Shown here: positions 61,051 through 64,000 of the stretch, piece by piece | Layout: every line of letters starts with the position of its first letter | Numbering within the stretch: the first letter of the stretch is position 1 | From: Planctomycetota bacterium | Lineage (GTDB): Bacteria > Planctomycetota > B15-G4 | Assembly (NCBI GenBank): GCA_038212275.1 | Contig: JBBQUR010000023.1 | Coordinates: forward strand, 1-64,000 | Direction: 5' to 3' | DNA: 64,000 nt | Position numbers and translations under genes: made by a program | The notes under the pieces: model-generated | Seen by the model: only the letters and a program-made list of their open reading frames with translations | Database searches by the model: none | Told to the model about the DNA's origin: nothing

Positions 61051-63381
61051 TCAGGCCTCGTGCTCCGCCAGCAGCGCGCGGAAGCCTGCCTCGTCCAGCA
61101 CGGTCACGCCCAGCTCCTGCGCCTTCTTCAGCTTGCTGCCGGGTTTGTCGCCGGCGACGAGCACCGAGAGATTCACGCTCACGCCGGAGAGCAGCGTCGC
61201 GCCGAGCGACTTCACGCGCTCCTGCGCCTCGCGCCGCGAGATTCCGGCGAGCGTGCCGGTGAAGAGGAAGGTCTGCCCCGCGAGCGGCCCGCCTTCGCGC
61301 CGCCGCGGCGCGGTCGGCGCCACGCCGCGCTCCGCGAGCAGCGCGAGATTCTCGCGCTCCGCGGGATCGTCGAAGAAGGCGCGCACGGAGGCCGCGACCG
61401 TCGGCCCGATGCCGGCCACGCCCTGCAGTTCGTCTTCGGTGGCAGCCGCGAGCGCGTCGAGGCTCTGCCAGTGTTCCGCAAGTTTCTCCGCGACCGTCCC
61501 GCCGACGTGCAGGATGCCGAGGCCGAAGAGCAGTCGCGACAACGGCCGCGTGCGACTCTGCGCGATGCCGGCCAGCACGTTGCGCGCGGAGAGCTCGCCC
61601 ATGCGCTCCAGCTCCGCGAGCGTTGTCTCGTCCAGCGCGTAGAGATCCGCGAGGCGCGCGACGTGCCCGCCGTCCACGAGCTGGTCGATGAGCTTGTCGC
61701 CGACGCCCTCGATGTCGAGCGCGCCGCGCGACACGAAGTGCGCGATGCGGCGCTTGATCACGGCCGGGCAGCGCGCGTTGGGGCAGCGCACGACGACCTC
61801 GCCCTCCACCGCCTGCACCGCCGTGCCGCACACCGGGCAGTGGTCGGGCATGACCCACGGCGCGCCGCTGCCGTGCTGCGTGACGCCGACGATCTTGGGG
61901 ATCACGTCGCCGGCGCGCTCGATGAGCACGCGGTCGCCGACCTTCACGCCGAGCCGCGCAATTTCTTCGCGATTGTGCAGCGTGACATTTTCGATCGTCA
62001 CGCCCGAGACGTGTACTGGCGCGACGACAGCCACCGGCGTGAGCGCGCCCGTGCGCCCTACCTGCACGTGGATGTCCAGCACGACGGTGCTTCCCTGCCG
62101 CGCCGGAAACTTGAAGGCGATGGCCCAGCGCGGGCTGCGGCTGCGGATGCCGAGGCGCTCCTGCAGCGCGAAGTCGTCCACCTTCAGCACCGTGCCGTCC
62201 ACCTCGAAGGGCAGGTCGTCGCGCCGCGCGAGCAGCGACTCGTGGTGCGCGAGCACCGTCGCGAGGTCGCCGCGCACCGAGAGGTCGAGCGCCGTCGGCA
62301 GCCCGAGCGCGACCAGCGCCTGCATCGCTGCGCGGTGGCCGCGCGGCGGCGCGAGGGAGCCACCCGCCGCGTGTCCGGCGCGCGCTTGCTTGCCGCCCTT
62401 CTGCTGCGTCGCGGCTGCATCACGCGCGGGACCGACGAAGCCCTCCGTCTCGCCGAGGCCGTAGCAGAGCATGTCCAGCGGCCGGCTCGCGGCGACCTTC
62501 GGGTCGAGCAGCTTCAACGTGCCGCTCGCGAGGTTGCGCGGGTTGATGAACAGCTCCTCGCCCGCGGCCTCGCGCGCGCGATTCACCTTTTCGAAGTTCG
62601 CTCGGGACATGATGACCTCGCCGCGCACCTCGAGCAGCTTCGGATGCGGTGCGGGAAACAGGCCGTCGCCCGCCGGGCGCTGCAGCTGCTGCGGCAGGCC
62701 GCGGATCGTGCGCACATTGTGCGTGACGTCGTCGCCGACCTTGCCGTCGCCGCGCGTGATCGCGCGCACCAGCACGCCGTCCTCGTAGACGATCTCGAGC
62801 GCGACGCCGTCGAGCTTCGGCTCGCACGAGAAGGAGAGCCCCGCGGCCGCGGCAGCAGCAACTGCGTCGGCCGCCGCCCTGGCGGCAGCCTTGTCCTCGG
62901 CACTGGCTTTCGCCGCCGTCTTGTCCTCGGGACCGTCTCTCGCGTCGGTCGCCGGCGCCGTGTCGCGACCGAGGCCGAGGTAGTCGCCGAGGCTTGCCAC
63001 CCACTCGTGCACGTCGGCGACGTCGTAGCTGTTCTGCAGCGAGAGCATCGGCGTGCGGTGCTCGGCGGGCGCCAGGCTCGCGACGGGCTCACCGCTCACG
63101 CGCTGCGTCGGCGAGTCGGGGCGGCGCAGCGCGGGGTGCGCGTCCTCCAACTCGCCCAGCTCGCGCATCAGCGCGTCGTACTCGGCGTCCGAGAGGACGG
63201 GTGCGTCCTCCACGTAATAGAGGTGGTCGTGCCGGCGGATCTCGTCGGAGAGCCACGCGATGCGCGCGGCCGCGTCGGTCGCGGGCGGCCCGCGATCGTC
63301 TGCGCCGGGCGTGCCGTGCGCGGCCGCGTCGGATTCGCCGGCATCGTCATCGCGGCGGCGGGGCGTGCGCGCGGCGGACAT
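61051..63381 (-). CDS. ligA: NAD-dependent DNA ligase
   Basis: YYVEDAP, MLSL, EPKLDG, TRGDG, EVRGE, NPRN, AFKFPA, VGRTG, Zn finger CPVC..C..C, BRCT (GSKLKKA). Confidence 0.98.
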   Translation of the reverse strand: MSAARTPRRRDDDAGESDAAAHGTPGADDRGPPATDAAARIAWLSDEIRRHDHLYYVEDAPVLSDAEYDALMRELGELEDAHPALRRPDSPTQRVSGEPVASLAPAEHRTPMLSLQNSYDVADVHEWVASLGDYLGLGRDTAPATDARDGPEDKTAAKASAEDKAAARAAADAVAAAAAAGLSFSCEPKLDGVALEIVYEDGVLVRAITRGDGKVGDDVTHNVRTIRGLPQQLQRPAGDGLFPAPHPKLLEVRGEVIMSRANFEKVNRAREAAGEELFINPRNLASGTLKLLDPKVAASRPLDMLCYGLGETEGFVGPARDAAATQQKGGKQARAGHAAGGSLAPPRGHRAAMQALVALGLPTALDLSVRGDLATVLAHHESLLARRDDLPFEVDGTVLKVDDFALQERLGIRSRSPRWAIAFKFPARQGSTVVLDIHVQVGRTGALTPVAVVAPVHVSGVTIENVTLHNREEIARLGVKVGDRVLIERAGDVIPKIVGVTQHGSGAPWVMPDHCPVCGTAVQAVEGEVVVRCPNARCPAVIKRRIAHFVSRGALDIEGVGDKLIDQLVDGGHVARLADLYALDETTLAELERMGELSARNVLAGIAQSRTRPLSRLLFGLGILHVGGTVAEKLAEHWQSLDALAAATEDELQGVAGIGPTVAASVRAFFDDPAERENLALLAERGVAPTAPRRREGGPLAGQTFLFTGTLAGISRREAQERVKSLGATLLSGVSVNLSVLVAGDKPGSKLKKAQELGVTVLDEAGFRALLAEHEA

Positions 63382-63385
63382 CGGG

Positions 63386-64000
63386 TCAGCCCGCGGGACG
63401 GGCCAGCACGGACGTCACCCAGAGCACGCAGGCGCAGCCGACGGGGAAGAGCAGCTCGTTGACGCCGCGCGCCACGATCGCCGGCGTCGGCAGTCCTGCG
63501 GGCGCCGCCGCGCGGTCCATGATGAACAGCAGCGCGGCGCCGAAGATCGCGCCGATCACCAGGCCGGTGCGCGCGTACGCGCCGAGTTTCAACTCGGGCC
63601 GGCGCACGAGGCGCGTGATGAGCACGCCGAACACCGCGTACTCCGCGGCCTTGACGCCCGCGAGCGTCCACGGCGACGGCCCGCCCGCCGGCAGCGTGAT
63701 GGAAAGCGCCTGCGCCGCGCTCTTGTGCAGCGCGCGCGCCACCGCAAAGGCCACCGGCGCCGCGAGCAGCCCCAGCGCGCCGAGAGCGCCGGGCCCCGCG
63801 CGCGTCGCCGCCGTGCCGCACGCCAGCGCGACGCACACGATGTACGACCACGACACCTTCTGCGCCGACTCCGCCAGCACCGAGTTCAGCACGGGCTTCG
63901 CGCCGCCCGACGCCGCCACGACCGCGAGCTGCAATCCTTCGAGCACGAGCCCGAGCAGGATCGCCCACCACGACGCGCGCAGCAGCGTGCGCGAAAGTTC
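63386..64000 (-). CDS. Integral membrane protein, 5' end outside the window
   Basis: Frame is open to the window edge (ELSRTLLRASWWAILLGLV...); several TM segments; stop 4 bp before the ligA start. Confidence 0.75.
   Translation of the reverse strand, partial: ELSRTLLRASWWAILLGLVLEGLQLAVVAASGGAKPVLNSVLAESAQKVSWSYIVCVALACGTAATRAGPGALGALGLLAAPVAFAVARALHKSAAQALSITLPAGGPSPWTLAGVKAAEYAVFGVLITRLVRRPELKLGAYARTGLVIGAIFGAALLFIMDRAAAPAGLPTPAIVARGVNELLFPVGCACVLWVTSVLARPAG

Noticed and set aside
60337..63462. Long antisense or alternate-frame ORFs (1041 aa here; also 1458-3185, 6343-8727, 33168-35408, 48053-50209, 58584-61262)
   Set aside because: Shadow ORFs expected at this GC content. They are R/A/G-rich, lack motifs and overlap well-supported genes.

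Overview
This is a very GC-rich bacterial window. It is probably from a Planctomycetota genome, inferred from two ECF-sigma/Ser-Thr-kinase modules, many orphan secreted proteins and cohesin/dockerin-like modules. About 55 CDS are supportable. They include housekeeping and stress genes (ligA, DEAD-box helicase, Fe-SOD, ppk2, ada, bacterioferritin-like, VIT, KirBac, Usp), an SDR-ycaC-amidohydrolase/cpo cluster wrapped around an ECF-kinase cassette, and a decayed accessory patch at about 52.1-55.8 kb. I saw no rRNA, tRNA, CRISPR array or intact transposase. The main leads are: (1) a shared ~120-aa C-terminal domain on four unrelated secreted proteins, a candidate new sorting/anchoring signal; (2) a divergent pair of a cohesin+dockerin-like multidomain protein and a small cohesin-like protein carrying that domain; (3) a CxxU selenoprotein with a SECIS-like hairpin, truncated in the ORF track, heading a B12-radical-SAM + 39-aa CxxC peptide operon; (4) a conserved 20-bp motif pointing outward from both ends of an ECF-kinase cassette. 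Family names come from motif recognition by eye, not database searches.
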